From: an uncultured Clostridia bacterium | Lineage (GTDB): Bacteria > Bacillota > Clostridia > Christensenellales > UBA1242 | Direction of reading: 5' to 3' | Assembly: GCA_944345365.1 (NCBI GenBank) | Contig: CALVMJ010000001.1 | Coordinates: forward strand, 75,228 to 139,227 | Length of the DNA: 64,000 nt | Shown: one piece after another, positions 1-9,842 of the stretch | Position numbering within the stretch: position 1 is the stretch's first letter | Layout of the letters: every line of letters begins with the position of its first letter | The notes under the pieces: model-generated | Seen by the model: the letters and a program-made list of their open reading frames with translations, nothing else | What the model was told of the DNA's origin: nothing | Databases searched by the model: none | Made by a program: the position numbers and the translations under genes

Positions 1-975
1 GGCTTTGGTTGTTCGTCGAGTGCAGTTTTAACGGCAAGAAACATGGAAGATAAAAACGCCAAAATTAAAACAGCTTTACTCACTCCTTACATGAGTTGCA
101 GTGCAAAACTTCCACTTTACATTGTGATAGGCGGTGCATTTTTTGGAGCAAAGAACATTTTTTATATTTTATTCCTTTATTTGCTGGGCGTTTTAATTTC
201 TGTCTTGATGAGCTATATTTTCGAAAAAACTGTGCTTAAAAGCAAAGAGCAATCTTTTATTTTGGAATTTCCGCCTTATAGGGGGATTTCGGTTAAAAGA
301 ATATTAAACGTTCTATGGGAAAATATAAGGCTTTTCGTTTCAAGGGTTGGTATTTTACTGATTTGTGTTAATATAATTATTTGGATACTTTCAAATTTTT
401 CGTTTTCCTTAGACTATGTTCCTTCGTCAAATGGAAGTATGCTTCAAAAAATAGGAGAAATCATATCGCCAATTTTTATTCCTCTTGGTTTTGGTGAGTG
501 GGGGTTTGCCTCAGCTCTTATTGCTGGATTAATTGCCAAGGAAGTAATTTTGTCCTCTGTAATAATGTTCAATGGAGTAAATCACGGAGAGGTTATTAAT
601 GTAGCAGATAGCTTAAAAGATCCTTCCAGCAACATTTATTTTCCGGCTATTTCAAACGTGGTTTCTTTTTTAATTTTTACTTTGCTTTATTCTCCTTGCG
701 TGACTACTATGGCTATTTTAAGAAAGGAAATTGGCAAAAAATGGACTGTGATTGGAATTTTGATTCAGTTTGCTGTGGCTTATCTTTTGTCCCTTTTTGT
801 TTTTAATGTTATTAACGCTTTTGAGGATTTTGGATTGTTTCCGGTTTTATTGATCTTATTAGTAATTATTTTAATAATGTTTTCCTTTATTTTTCTTTTT
901 GAAAGATTAACAAGAAAAAGGCATTGTGAACATGCCTGCCCAAACTATGAAAAATGCAAAAGAAAAAAGAGTTAA
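1..975 (+). CDS. feoB: Ferrous iron transporter FeoB, C-terminal membrane domain (5'-partial)
   Basis: Frame 1 is open from nt 1: GFGCSSSAVLTARN precedes the first Met at 43. LLTPYMSCSAKLPLY and a multi-TM C-terminus resemble the FeoB permease region. Cys-rich cytoplasmic tail. Confidence 0.8.
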   Translation, partial: GFGCSSSAVLTARNMEDKNAKIKTALLTPYMSCSAKLPLYIVIGGAFFGAKNIFYILFLYLLGVLISVLMSYIFEKTVLKSKEQSFILEFPPYRGISVKRILNVLWENIRLFVSRVGILLICVNIIIWILSNFSFSLDYVPSSNGSMLQKIGEIISPIFIPLGFGEWGFASALIAGLIAKEVILSSVIMFNGVNHGEVINVADSLKDPSSNIYFPAISNVVSFLIFTLLYSPCVTTMAILRKEIGKKWTVIGILIQFAVAYLLSLFVFNVINAFEDFGLFPVLLILLVIILIMFSFIFLFERLTRKRHCEHACPNYEKCKRKKS

Positions 976-1034
976 TGCACAATAAAACTTTACAATAGTG
1001 CTTTTTTTGTGGTAAAATAACAGCGGAGTAGATT

Positions 1035-2345
1035 ATGTCAAGACCTATTGTTGCTGTTGTTGGAAGACCTAATGTTGGAAAAAGCAGTTTTTTTAATAAA
1101 ATTTGTGGAGAAAGGATTTCGATTGTCGATGATATGCCTGGGGTAACTAGGGATAGAATTTATGCTGACGCAGAATGGTGTGGCAAAGAGTTTACCCTTA
1201 TTGACACCGGTGGATTAGATCCAAAAAGTGACGATATTTTTCAAGAAGTAATTCAAGAACAAGCAAATATTGCAATGGATATTGCTGACGTTATTGTTAT
1301 GATTGTTGATGGAAAAACAGGGGTGACGACTGCTGATGAAATCCTTGCAAAAAAGTTAAGAGTTACAACAAAACCGGTTGTTTTGGTCGTGAACAAATTG
1401 GATAGGTTTAACATTGAAGATGTTTATGAATTTTATCAGCTGGGACTTGGAGACCCTTTACCTTTATCCTGCGCGCAAAGCAAAGGCATAGGAGATGTGC
1501 TTGATGTTATAACCTCATTTTTCCCGAAAGTTGATTTAGATGAAAATAATTTGGGCATAAAGATTGCTGTTGTTGGAAGGCCTAATGTGGGGAAAAGTTC
1601 TATAATAAACAGGCTTGTGGGAGAAAAAAGGGTTGCCGTTTCTGATATAGAGGGAACGACAAGAGATGCTGTTTTAATTCCTTTTAGATATAATAAAAAA
1701 ACTTATCAGCTTGTCGACACTGCGGGACTTAGAAGGAGCAGGGGGGTCGAGCAAGAATCTGTTGAAGGCTACTCAGTGTTAAGGACAATGCGCGCGATTG
1801 AAAAGGCTGATGTTGTTTTAATAGTCTTTGATTCCACCGCAAATCTAACCGAACAAGACATAAGAATTGCCGGATATGTCCACGAAGCAGGAAAGCCTAG
1901 TGTCGTTGTTATGAATAAAACTGATATTATGGAGAGAAAGAAGCAACAAATAACAGAGGAACTGAAAAAGCAACTTGCATTTATGAGTTATCTTCAAACC
2001 GTATTTATTTCTGCAAAAGAAGGCACAAGGCTTGGAGACATTATGCCGGCTGTGTTGCGTGTTTATGAGAATGCATCAAAGAGAATAACAACAGGACTTT
2101 TAAACGATATCTTGCAAGATGCTATTTTAAACTTTGAACCTCCTGCAAAAAAGGGTAAAAAGATTAAGCTTTCTTACATTACAGAAGCAGAAACAAACCC
2201 TCCTACTTTTGTTATTTTTTGTAACGACGCTAAGCTTGTAAATTTTTCGTATCAAAGGTATTTGGAAAATCAATTGCGCGAAAAAGTAGATTTTTCTGGA
2301 ACACCTATTAAAATTATTCTAAAAACAAAAGGAGAAGATGAATGA
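1035..2345 (+). CDS. der: Ribosome-associated GTPase Der/EngA
   Basis: Two tandem G domains, each with P-loop GRPNVGKSS and DTGG/DTAG, plus a KH-like C-terminus. 436 aa. Confidence 0.95.
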   Translation: MSRPIVAVVGRPNVGKSSFFNKICGERISIVDDMPGVTRDRIYADAEWCGKEFTLIDTGGLDPKSDDIFQEVIQEQANIAMDIADVIVMIVDGKTGVTTADEILAKKLRVTTKPVVLVVNKLDRFNIEDVYEFYQLGLGDPLPLSCAQSKGIGDVLDVITSFFPKVDLDENNLGIKIAVVGRPNVGKSSIINRLVGEKRVAVSDIEGTTRDAVLIPFRYNKKTYQLVDTAGLRRSRGVEQESVEGYSVLRTMRAIEKADVVLIVFDSTANLTEQDIRIAGYVHEAGKPSVVVMNKTDIMERKKQQITEELKKQLAFMSYLQTVFISAKEGTRLGDIMPAVLRVYENASKRITTGLLNDILQDAILNFEPPAKKGKKIKLSYITEAETNPPTFVIFCNDAKLVNFSYQRYLENQLREKVDFSGTPIKIILKTKGEDE

Positions 2346-3100
2346 TTGCCTTGTGGTTTGTGATTATAATAATAGTTTGCTATTTCATTGGAAGTGTTAA
2401 TTTCGCAAGAATTCTTGCATGGAAAAGGCATAACCAAGACATAACAACAAAGGGAAGCCATAACCCAGGAACAATGAACATGTTAAGGGTTTACGGGATA
2501 AAAATTGCAATTGCGACAATGCTTTTAGAATTTCTTAAAGGTGGGGTTCCTGCACTTTTGGCTGGATTGATAATGAATCACTATTACCCTGGAATTTTTT
2601 ATGTTGCTTTTCTAACAGCAGGGCTAAGTGCTGTTATTGGTCAAATTTTTCCGGCTATTTATAATTTTAAGGGAGGAAAAGGTCTTGCTACATGTGCAGG
2701 AGTATTTCTCTTTAGTCCTCTTTGGTGGCTTGGGTTGATATTTTTTGTACTCGGTTGCATTGTGCTTTATATCACAGATTATGCTTCGGTTGCCACCTTA
2801 TCTTTTGTTTGCGAGATGACAATTGCCACAACAATTTATCTAGCATTATTTGACAGAGTTGCCCCTTATTGGTGGATTGCAATCATTCTTGTTTGGGTGA
2901 TGTTTGCGCTTATCTTCTTTGCTCATCGTGGAAATTTAGTAAGACTTGCCCACAAAAAAGAAAACAAAGCCAATTTTTCTAAGAGTTTACAAAAACTTTT
3001 TAATAAAAAATCTGATATAACCATCATAGAAAAAGAACAAGAGCAAGAAAAACCTGAAAAAGAAATTATCATAGAAGACGAGGAAAAAGATAATAATTAA
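2342..3100 (+). CDS. plsY: Glycerol-3-phosphate acyltransferase PlsY
   Basis: Polytopic membrane protein with GSHNPGTMN (PlsY GSGNxGATN-type motif) and FKGGKG. The ATGA start/stop overlaps der. Has an extra charged C-terminal tail. Confidence 0.85.
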   Translation: MIALWFVIIIIVCYFIGSVNFARILAWKRHNQDITTKGSHNPGTMNMLRVYGIKIAIATMLLEFLKGGVPALLAGLIMNHYYPGIFYVAFLTAGLSAVIGQIFPAIYNFKGGKGLATCAGVFLFSPLWWLGLIFFVLGCIVLYITDYASVATLSFVCEMTIATTIYLALFDRVAPYWWIAIILVWVMFALIFFAHRGNLVRLAHKKENKANFSKSLQKLFNKKSDITIIEKEQEQEKPEKEIIIEDEEKDNN

Positions 3101-3154
3101 GTCATAAACATGCTTTAACCTTCATAGGATATATTGCAACTATGGAGGTTTTTA

Positions 3155-4633
3155 ATGGAAAAGTTTGAACTTTATAACGACATTAAGTCGCGAACAAATG
3201 GGGATATATATGTGGGAGTTGTTGGTCCAGTTAGGGTTGGAAAATCCACATTTATAACCGAATTTATGAAAAAACTTGTTGTTCCAAACATTCAAGAAAA
3301 AAACACCAAAGAACGAGCTATTGACGAGCTTCCTCAATCGGCAGATGGAAAAACAATTATGACAACTCAGCCAAGATTTATTCCAAACGAGGCCGTAAAA
3401 ATTCAGGTTGCTGATAATGTTGATTTAAGTGTTAGGCTTATTGACTGCGTGGGATATTTGGTTAATGGTGCAGTTGGTCACGAGGAAAACGACAAGCCAA
3501 GAAAAGTTAAAACTCCTTGGAGTGAAGAAGAAATGCCTTTTGAAGAAGCCGCTGAAATTGGAACGAAAAAGGTTATGCAAGAGCATTCTACCGTTGGTAT
3601 TGTTGTGACAACTGATGGAAGTGTAACAGATATTCCAAGAACAAGTTATGCCGAAGCAGAGGAAAGGGTTGTCAATGAAATGAAAGAGAGTAACAAGCCT
3701 TTTGTTATGGTTTTAAATTGCAAAAATCCAGCATCGGCAGATTCAAAAAAACTTGCTCAGTCTTTGTCAGAAAAGTATGATGTTCCTGTTGTGCCTTTAA
3801 ACGCATTAGAATTAAAAGAAAGCGATATCGACAAGGTCTTTGAAAAACTCTTGTTTGAATTTCCTGTTACTTCAATAAAAATCAAAATGCCAAAATGGTT
3901 ACAGGCTCTTGATTTTGAAGATGAAATTATACAAGAAATATCATCTGAAATTAGAAACTTTGCATCAGGAATATCTAAACTTAGCGAAGTTGACAAAGAA
4001 AAGTTGGCTTTTATTGAAAGTAATTCTTTTGATCCTATTACCTTTTCCAACATTGAAATGGGAGATGGAACTGTTAAATTTGATGTCATACCAAAAGAAA
4101 CTTTGTTTTACGAGGTTTTAAGTAAGGAGTGTGGATATCAAATTAACGATGATTTTGAGCTCATTTCTTATATTAAAGATTTGGCAGTTGCAAAACTAGA
4201 ATATGATAAGTTTAAGAAAGCTATTGAAGAGGTTAGGGAAACAGGATATGGTGTTGTTGTGCCTTTAAAAGAAGATTTCCAGCTAGAACAACCTGAGGTC
4301 GTAAGGCAAGGCAACAAGTTTGGAGTTAAGATAAAAGCTTCAGCTCCAAGCTTGCATATAATGAGAGTAGATGTAAACACAGAGGTGACCCCTCTTGTTG
4401 GAACTGAAATTCAAAGCCAAGATCTTGTAAATAGTCTTATTGAGCAAATAGAATCTGACCCAGAATCCATTTGGGAGACAAATATTTTAGGCAAAAACCT
4501 TCAATCTTTAATTGGCGATAATATTAATTCAAAGCTTGTTATGATGCCTCTTGATGCTCAGAAAAAAATGAGAAAAACACTTGGAAGAATAATAAACGAA
4601 GGAAAAGGCGGAATGATTTGCATCTTATTATAG
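3155..4633 (+). CDS. spoIVA: Stage IV sporulation protein A (spore coat morphogenetic ATPase)
   Basis: N-terminus MEKFELYNDIKSRTNGDIYVGVVGPVRVGKSTFI matches the SpoIVA Walker A region. About 492 aa. ATG at 3155 follows GGAGG, so it is preferred over the upstream TTG at 3134. Confidence 0.9.
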   Translation: MEKFELYNDIKSRTNGDIYVGVVGPVRVGKSTFITEFMKKLVVPNIQEKNTKERAIDELPQSADGKTIMTTQPRFIPNEAVKIQVADNVDLSVRLIDCVGYLVNGAVGHEENDKPRKVKTPWSEEEMPFEEAAEIGTKKVMQEHSTVGIVVTTDGSVTDIPRTSYAEAEERVVNEMKESNKPFVMVLNCKNPASADSKKLAQSLSEKYDVPVVPLNALELKESDIDKVFEKLLFEFPVTSIKIKMPKWLQALDFEDEIIQEISSEIRNFASGISKLSEVDKEKLAFIESNSFDPITFSNIEMGDGTVKFDVIPKETLFYEVLSKECGYQINDDFELISYIKDLAVAKLEYDKFKKAIEEVRETGYGVVVPLKEDFQLEQPEVVRQGNKFGVKIKASAPSLHIMRVDVNTEVTPLVGTEIQSQDLVNSLIEQIESDPESIWETNILGKNLQSLIGDNINSKLVMMPLDAQKKMRKTLGRIINEGKGGMICILL

Positions 4634-4658
4634 AAAAAACAGCTTTTGCTGTTTTTTT
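4634..4658 (+). terminator. Rho-independent terminator after spoIVA
   Basis: AAAAAACAGC-TTTT-GCTGTTTTTTT hairpin plus T-run. Confidence 0.75.
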
Positions 4659-4986
4659 CTGCACAAATTAGGGACGCCTTTCATATAAAAAATTATGGAA
4701 AAAGAACAAAACAACAAAGAGAAAAAATTTAAAATCATTTGCGTTAAAAGCCCTAAGTGTCTGAGGAGTCTTTTAAAACTTTTTAAAAAGAAAGAAAATG
4801 TCGAAGAATAATAAACTTTTTATAAATTTTAAGGGGAATTTATGGATTTTGTCTTCTAATACAAATCCAACAGATTATTTAGTGGGTTGAATTTTAATAA
4901 AAAACCATTAAATTTCTAGTGGAAAATTATATGGGTTTTATAAAATAAAAAAACACTAGAAATCTAGTGTTTTTTCTACATCAATA

Positions 4987-5175
4987 TTATTTAGTTGTTT
5001 TTCTTGCAGTTTTAATGCATTTTGTACAAGCTGTTACTTTTTTTGGTTTTCCATTAACCTCTATTGTTGTTGTTTGCAAATTAACTTCAAATGTTCTGTT
5101 AGCTTTATTATTTGCGTGGCTTACAGTCTTGCCAGCCATTTTGCCTTTTCCACAAATTTCACACACTCTGCTCAT
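4987..5175 (-). CDS. rpmB: 50S ribosomal protein L28
   Basis: [29 protein letters not shown] is the typical L28 N-terminus. 62 aa. A hairpin (CACTAG/CTAGTG) plus T-run lies downstream at about 4938-4966. Confidence 0.95.
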   Translation of the reverse strand: MSRVCEICGKGKMAGKTVSHANNKANRTFEVNLQTTTIEVNGKPKKVTACTKCIKTARKTTK

Positions 5176-5370
5176 CGTTAATTACCTCCGTTTTCATTCA
5201 GCCTTTGTATTATAGCACAAATCCAAAACAAAATCAATCAATTTTTCAAAAAAATATCTAAATAAGTTCTATTTAGGCAAAAAAATTTAATAAAATTTTA
5301 TAAAAGACTTGGCTTTTTGCCGTTTTTGGTGTAATATACTTATGAATAGGCTACAAGGGAGATTTTTAAA

Positions 5371-5721
5371 TTGACAGTAGATACAAATAACTATTATGGA
5401 AATATTTCTATTAGCGACGACGCAATTAGGGTGGTTGCAGGTTATTCTGCAATGGATTGCTATGGCGTCGTTGATCTTGTTTCTAAGTCTTTTAAAGATA
5501 GCGCCAAAGAACTTTTTAGAAAAGAGTCTTATTCCAAAGGTGTGAAAATACACAATATTGAAAATAGAATTTATATCGATATTTACTGCATAATGAAATA
5601 TGGGGTTTCGATTAGCGCAGTTTCAGAATCTTTAAAAAAGTCGGTTAAGTACAGCGTTGAAAACTTTACCGGTATGATAGTAGACAGCGTCAATGTTCAT
5701 GTTGTTGGCGTGCGTGTTTAA
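5371..5721 (+). CDS. Asp23/Gls24 family envelope stress (alkaline shock) protein
   Basis: 116 aa. ISDDAIRVVAGYSAMDCYGVVDL is an Asp23-like N-terminus. TTG start after AGGGAGA. Upstream of yloV as in Bacillus (yloU-yloV). Confidence 0.8.
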   Translation: MTVDTNNYYGNISISDDAIRVVAGYSAMDCYGVVDLVSKSFKDSAKELFRKESYSKGVKIHNIENRIYIDIYCIMKYGVSISAVSESLKKSVKYSVENFTGMIVDSVNVHVVGVRV

Positions 5722-5730
5722 TAGGAGAAA

Positions 5731-7368
5731 ATGATGACAAAGACGATAAATGCTCAAACATTTAAGAAAATGATTTTAACAGGGGCTGGATTCCTTGAAA
5801 AAAATAAAAAATACGTGGACTCGCTTAATGTCTTTCCTGTTCCAGACGGAGATACTGGGACAAATATGTTTTTAACAATGAAGTCAGCTGTTAACGAGGT
5901 AACCTCTTGCCCTTCTTCTTCCATTGAAGCTTTGAGTCAAGCTTTTGCAAAAGGAGCTTTAAAGGGAGCAAGGGGTAACAGTGGGGTTATAACCTCGCAA
6001 ATATTTAAGGGGTTTTGTTCTGTTACTGCAAAATGTCAGGAAATAACCACAAAAATCTTTGCTAATGCTTTGCAAGAAGGGGCTAATATCGCTTATAAAG
6101 CTGTTACTAAGCCAAAAGAGGGAACAATCTTAACGGTTATAAGGGTTATGGCCGAAAATGCTGTTAGCATAGCCAAGAAAACAGATGATTTTGAAGTTTT
6201 TTTGAAAAAAGTGCTTGATACTGGTGAAGAGATTTTAAGGCAAACACCTGAAATGTTGCCGGTTTTAAAAAAGGCAGGAGTTGTTGATGCAGGTGGAAGA
6301 GGTATAATTGTTATCTTTACTGGGTTCCATAAGCTTTTAATCGGCGAGGAAGATATTGAGGTGTTGTTTGATGATGAAAAGCCTGTTCAAACAGTTGACG
6401 ATGTTATCGCAGATATAAACAAGCTTGAAGATATTGAATTTGGGTATTGTACCGAATATATGGTGGTTCAAATGAAAAAGAAGACCACTGAGGCAGATAT
6501 TGACAAGCTTCGTGAGAAACTTATGAATATTGGTGATTCTGTTATTTGCATTGGCGACCTTCAATTAGTAAAAGTTCATGTGCATACCAACGAGCCAAAC
6601 CTTGCACTTGCCTATGCTTTGGAGCTTGGGGAATTGACAAACCTAAAGATAGAAAATATGCGTGAGCAAAACAGAGAACTAAAAAAGAAAGCAAAAGCAA
6701 TGGAGGAAACTAAAAACCTTGGAATTGTTGCCGTTGCTCCAGGAGATGGGCTTGCTGCAATTTTAAAAGATTTGGCAGTAGATGAAATTATTGTTGGTGG
6801 GCAAACAATGAATCCTAGTGCTGCTGACATTGCAAGTGCTGCTGACAAAGTGCCAGCTAGAACGGTTTTCGTCTATCCAAACAACAAAAATATCATTCTT
6901 GCAGCAGAGCAGGCAAATGACTTAACAAACAAAAACCTTGTGATTATTCCTACAAGAAGCATGCCAGAGGGCATTTCTGCAGCCATTGCCTTTGACCCAG
7001 ATGGAAGCGTTGAAGACAACACAGAGGCAATGAACGATGCTATAAAAAATGTAAAATCCGGTGCTGTAACTTATGCTGTCAGAGATACTCATGTTGACGG
7101 ATTTGACCTTTCCGTTGGAGAAATAATTGGTCTTGACGACAAAGCTATTTTGGCAAAAGGAAACACCGTTTCTCAGACAACCGAGGATTTGGTTTCAAAG
7201 ATGATAGATGATAACGTTATGACGATAACACTTTTCTATGGAGAAGATATTAAAGAGGAAGAAGCGATTGTTTTACAAGAAAAACTTGCTGAAAAATATC
7301 CAGAATGTGAGGTAACTGTTGCATATGGTGGTCAGCCAATTTACTATTATCTAATTTCTTTGGAGTAA
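5731..7368 (+). CDS. yloV: DAK2 domain fusion protein YloV
   Basis: DhaL/Dak2 signature VFPVPDGDTGTNM near the N-terminus plus a DegV-like C-terminal half. 545 aa. Confidence 0.85.
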   Translation: MMTKTINAQTFKKMILTGAGFLEKNKKYVDSLNVFPVPDGDTGTNMFLTMKSAVNEVTSCPSSSIEALSQAFAKGALKGARGNSGVITSQIFKGFCSVTAKCQEITTKIFANALQEGANIAYKAVTKPKEGTILTVIRVMAENAVSIAKKTDDFEVFLKKVLDTGEEILRQTPEMLPVLKKAGVVDAGGRGIIVIFTGFHKLLIGEEDIEVLFDDEKPVQTVDDVIADINKLEDIEFGYCTEYMVVQMKKKTTEADIDKLREKLMNIGDSVICIGDLQLVKVHVHTNEPNLALAYALELGELTNLKIENMREQNRELKKKAKAMEETKNLGIVAVAPGDGLAAILKDLAVDEIIVGGQTMNPSAADIASAADKVPARTVFVYPNNKNIILAAEQANDLTNKNLVIIPTRSMPEGISAAIAFDPDGSVEDNTEAMNDAIKNVKSGAVTYAVRDTHVDGFDLSVGEIIGLDDKAILAKGNTVSQTTEDLVSKMIDDNVMTITLFYGEDIKEEEAIVLQEKLAEKYPECEVTVAYGGQPIYYYLISLE

Positions 7369-7412
7369 AAAATTATATAAAAAATAAAAAAATTGAGCTT
7401 TCGCTCAATTTT

Positions 7413-8009
7413 TTAATTTTGCTTTTGGAATTTTCCGTCCTTTTTCTTAACTGTTAGGTTAAGGTTTTGCTTTTGTGAAAGAGCCTCTGCATATTCTAGC
7501 GCTTCAGCTTTTGTCACGAATCTTTTGCTTGCCCTTGAACTACCTGTTTTTTTAACAACCCAAAGTCTTGCATTTTTGTCATAGCTTATTATATATTTTG
7601 CAGGACGAGATTTGCTTTTCTCCAAACCTTCTGGTTTTTCCTGCGTGTTTGCAACTTGCGCTGAAGATTCCTCTTTCTTCGCTGGCTCTTTTCTCACATT
7701 TTCTTTTTTGATACTTTTTTTCTTTAAGCTCTCAGTTTGAGCTTTTTTACCCGATGTAGATGTCTTTACTTGATTTTTCTTTAAGCCTTGGTTATTAGAT
7801 GATTTAATTGCATTTTTAGAAGATGAACTTGACTTAATTGAAGGTGTTTGTTCTTCTATTACTTCTTCCTTTTTATGCTCTTCTTTTTTTGTTTTTTCTT
7901 CCTTGCCTACTTGTTTCTTTTTAATAACAACAGCAATCATTATTGATATTGCAACTAATACTACCAAAGCAACAACGATAATCCACCAATATTCTTTCAA
8001 AAACTCCAT
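7413..8009 (-). CDS. Membrane-anchored lysine-rich protein with C-terminal DUF2188-like domain
   Basis: N-terminal TM (WWIIVVALVVLVAISIMIAVVI), a low-complexity K/E/S linker, and a C-terminus YDKNARLWVVKKTGSSRASKRFVTKAEALEYAEAL that resembles DUF2188. Confidence 0.5.
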   Translation of the reverse strand: MEFLKEYWWIIVVALVVLVAISIMIAVVIKKKQVGKEEKTKKEEHKKEEVIEEQTPSIKSSSSSKNAIKSSNNQGLKKNQVKTSTSGKKAQTESLKKKSIKKENVRKEPAKKEESSAQVANTQEKPEGLEKSKSRPAKYIISYDKNARLWVVKKTGSSRASKRFVTKAEALEYAEALSQKQNLNLTVKKKDGKFQKQN

Positions 8010-8174
8010 AATATCCTCCTTATCATTTGTATATTATTATTATATCATCTTTTTAATAAAAAGCAATACTGAATTTATAATTTAATTACTTAATTGTAAC
8101 AATTAAAGGTTTATATAACTTTAAAATTAAGAAAAATGCTTTATTTTCTTTGATAAATATGGTAATATGAGCAT

Positions 8175-8948
8175 ATGTTTAGACTTGATATGTTTTTAGT
8201 TATGAAAGATTACTTTCCTTCAAGAGAGAGGGCAAAAGAGGCAATTGTCCAAGGAAAAGTTTTTGTTGATGGAAAAATAGCAAAACCTTCTTTAAAAATC
8301 GAAGGGAGTGAAATTATTAAAGTTGAAAGTGATTTTTCATATGTTTCCAGGGCCGGGTTGAAACTTGAAAAAGCAAGAGAAGTTTTTAAATTAGATTTTA
8401 CTGATAAAGTTGTGCTGGACATTGGTTCTTCCACCGGAGGCTTTACAGAAGTTGCACTTTTATCTGGTGCAAAAAAAGTCATAGCTGTTGATGTTGGGAG
8501 CAATCAGCTTAGTGAAAAGCTTAGAAAAGATGAAAGAGTTAGGCTTTATGAAAACTGTGATTTTAGGTTTATTGAAAGCGAAAAATTAAAGGAAGTTAAT
8601 CTTATCGTTTGCGATGTTTCATTTATTTCACTTAGGTATATTTTCCCAAAGATTATTGAGGAATTTGGAACCAAAATTGAAGGCGTTTTTCTTTTTAAAC
8701 CTCAATTTGAATGTGGAAAAGAAATTGCTTCAAAATATTATGGGGTAATAAGAAACAAAGATATTCACAAGGCTATTTTTCGTGAATTTTGTGATTATCT
8801 CGAAAATTTAGGTTTTGTGGTTAGTAATATTGATTATTCTCCTATAACAGGTAAATCTGGGAACATTGAGTATTTAATTCACATAAACAAAAAAAGGTCA
8901 AATTATAAAATTGATAAAGTTATAGACAAGGCATTTGAAGAACTTTAA
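8175..8948 (+). CDS. tlyA: TlyA family rRNA (cytidine-2'-O)-methyltransferase
   Basis: S4-like N-terminus (RLD.FLV) followed by an FtsJ-type SAM site VLDIGSSTGGFTEVAL. Confidence 0.85.
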   Translation: MFRLDMFLVMKDYFPSRERAKEAIVQGKVFVDGKIAKPSLKIEGSEIIKVESDFSYVSRAGLKLEKAREVFKLDFTDKVVLDIGSSTGGFTEVALLSGAKKVIAVDVGSNQLSEKLRKDERVRLYENCDFRFIESEKLKEVNLIVCDVSFISLRYIFPKIIEEFGTKIEGVFLFKPQFECGKEIASKYYGVIRNKDIHKAIFREFCDYLENLGFVVSNIDYSPITGKSGNIEYLIHINKKRSNYKIDKVIDKAFEEL

Positions 8949-9051
8949 TAAAATTTTTATTTTATTAAAAAATATCGAAAAGAGCATTTTTGCAACTTTG
9001 TTTTGTTTTTTTCATATATTTATATACAGATAGACAAAATAGGAGGTAAAA

Positions 9052-9720
9052 ATGTCTTTTTATATCAATAATACCAATCAAAACAAACCGGGACCTATTT
9101 GTGGAAATGCTTTAAACGGACTTTGTGAAAAGGTGCTTATTGAAACAACAAAAGTATTTGATGCATGTGTTTCTCAAACAACCGACACAGGAGTTGTTTT
9201 GCAAGTAACGAATTTAACTCCTGCAAGCCCTGCTTTACCACTTACATTTATTTCGGCAGAAAATACGCCCGGACAAAGCGCAACAATTTCTAATCTTGTG
9301 ATAGAAAGATTGGAAACAGCGCCAAACTATGCAAACGTCAGCCTAGATGTTACAATTCCTGTTACCGTTTTCTATCGTGATAATAATGGGGTTTTGGGTC
9401 AAGGAACATCAAGTGTTACAATTTCAAAAAATGTGATTCTCTTCGTTCCTCAGCCAGCCGCAACACCTGTTAATATTACTGCAATGGGAATATTTAGCTC
9501 GACCATCGGCTCTTACACAGCTGAAAACACTTTTACGGTTACCGGTTGTATAGAAATCGTTTTAAAGGTTGTTGCAGTGGTTGATGTCTTGGTTCCATCT
9601 TACGGATATCCGGTTATTCCACCTTGTCAGGTTAGTCCAACACAAAGCGCCTGCCCTGGAACATTTGAACAGCCATTATATCCAACTGCTACAAATAATG
9701 TGCAGATGCCAAGATTTTAG
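9052..9720 (+). CDS. Hypothetical T/S/P/V-rich protein (possible spore-surface component)
   Basis: Strong RBS (AGGAGGTAAAAATG) and a long ORF followed by the terminator GAAGCTTGCAAGCTTC plus T-run. I recognise no family. Confidence 0.6.
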   Translation: MSFYINNTNQNKPGPICGNALNGLCEKVLIETTKVFDACVSQTTDTGVVLQVTNLTPASPALPLTFISAENTPGQSATISNLVIERLETAPNYANVSLDVTIPVTVFYRDNNGVLGQGTSSVTISKNVILFVPQPAATPVNITAMGIFSSTIGSYTAENTFTVTGCIEIVLKVVAVVDVLVPSYGYPVIPPCQVSPTQSACPGTFEQPLYPTATNNVQMPRF

Positions 9721-9842
9721 GTTAATAATTTAAATTAAAAGAAGCTTGCAAGCTTCTTTTTTTTATTGAAAAAATGAACTGATTTGTTTTCTTGACTTAA
9801 ATTTAAGCAAATTGTATAATAATACTTATTAGGAGAAAAAAA

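Noticed and set aside
4695-4811. 38-codon ORF (MEKEQNNKEKKFKIICVKSPKCLRSLLKLFKKKENVEE) in the spoIVA-rpmB spacer
   Set aside because: It has no Shine-Dalgarno sequence, it is a lysine-rich product of AT-rich DNA, and I cannot assess conservation.
4967-5215. 82-aa + strand ORF
   Set aside because: It is antisense to the unmistakable L28 gene.
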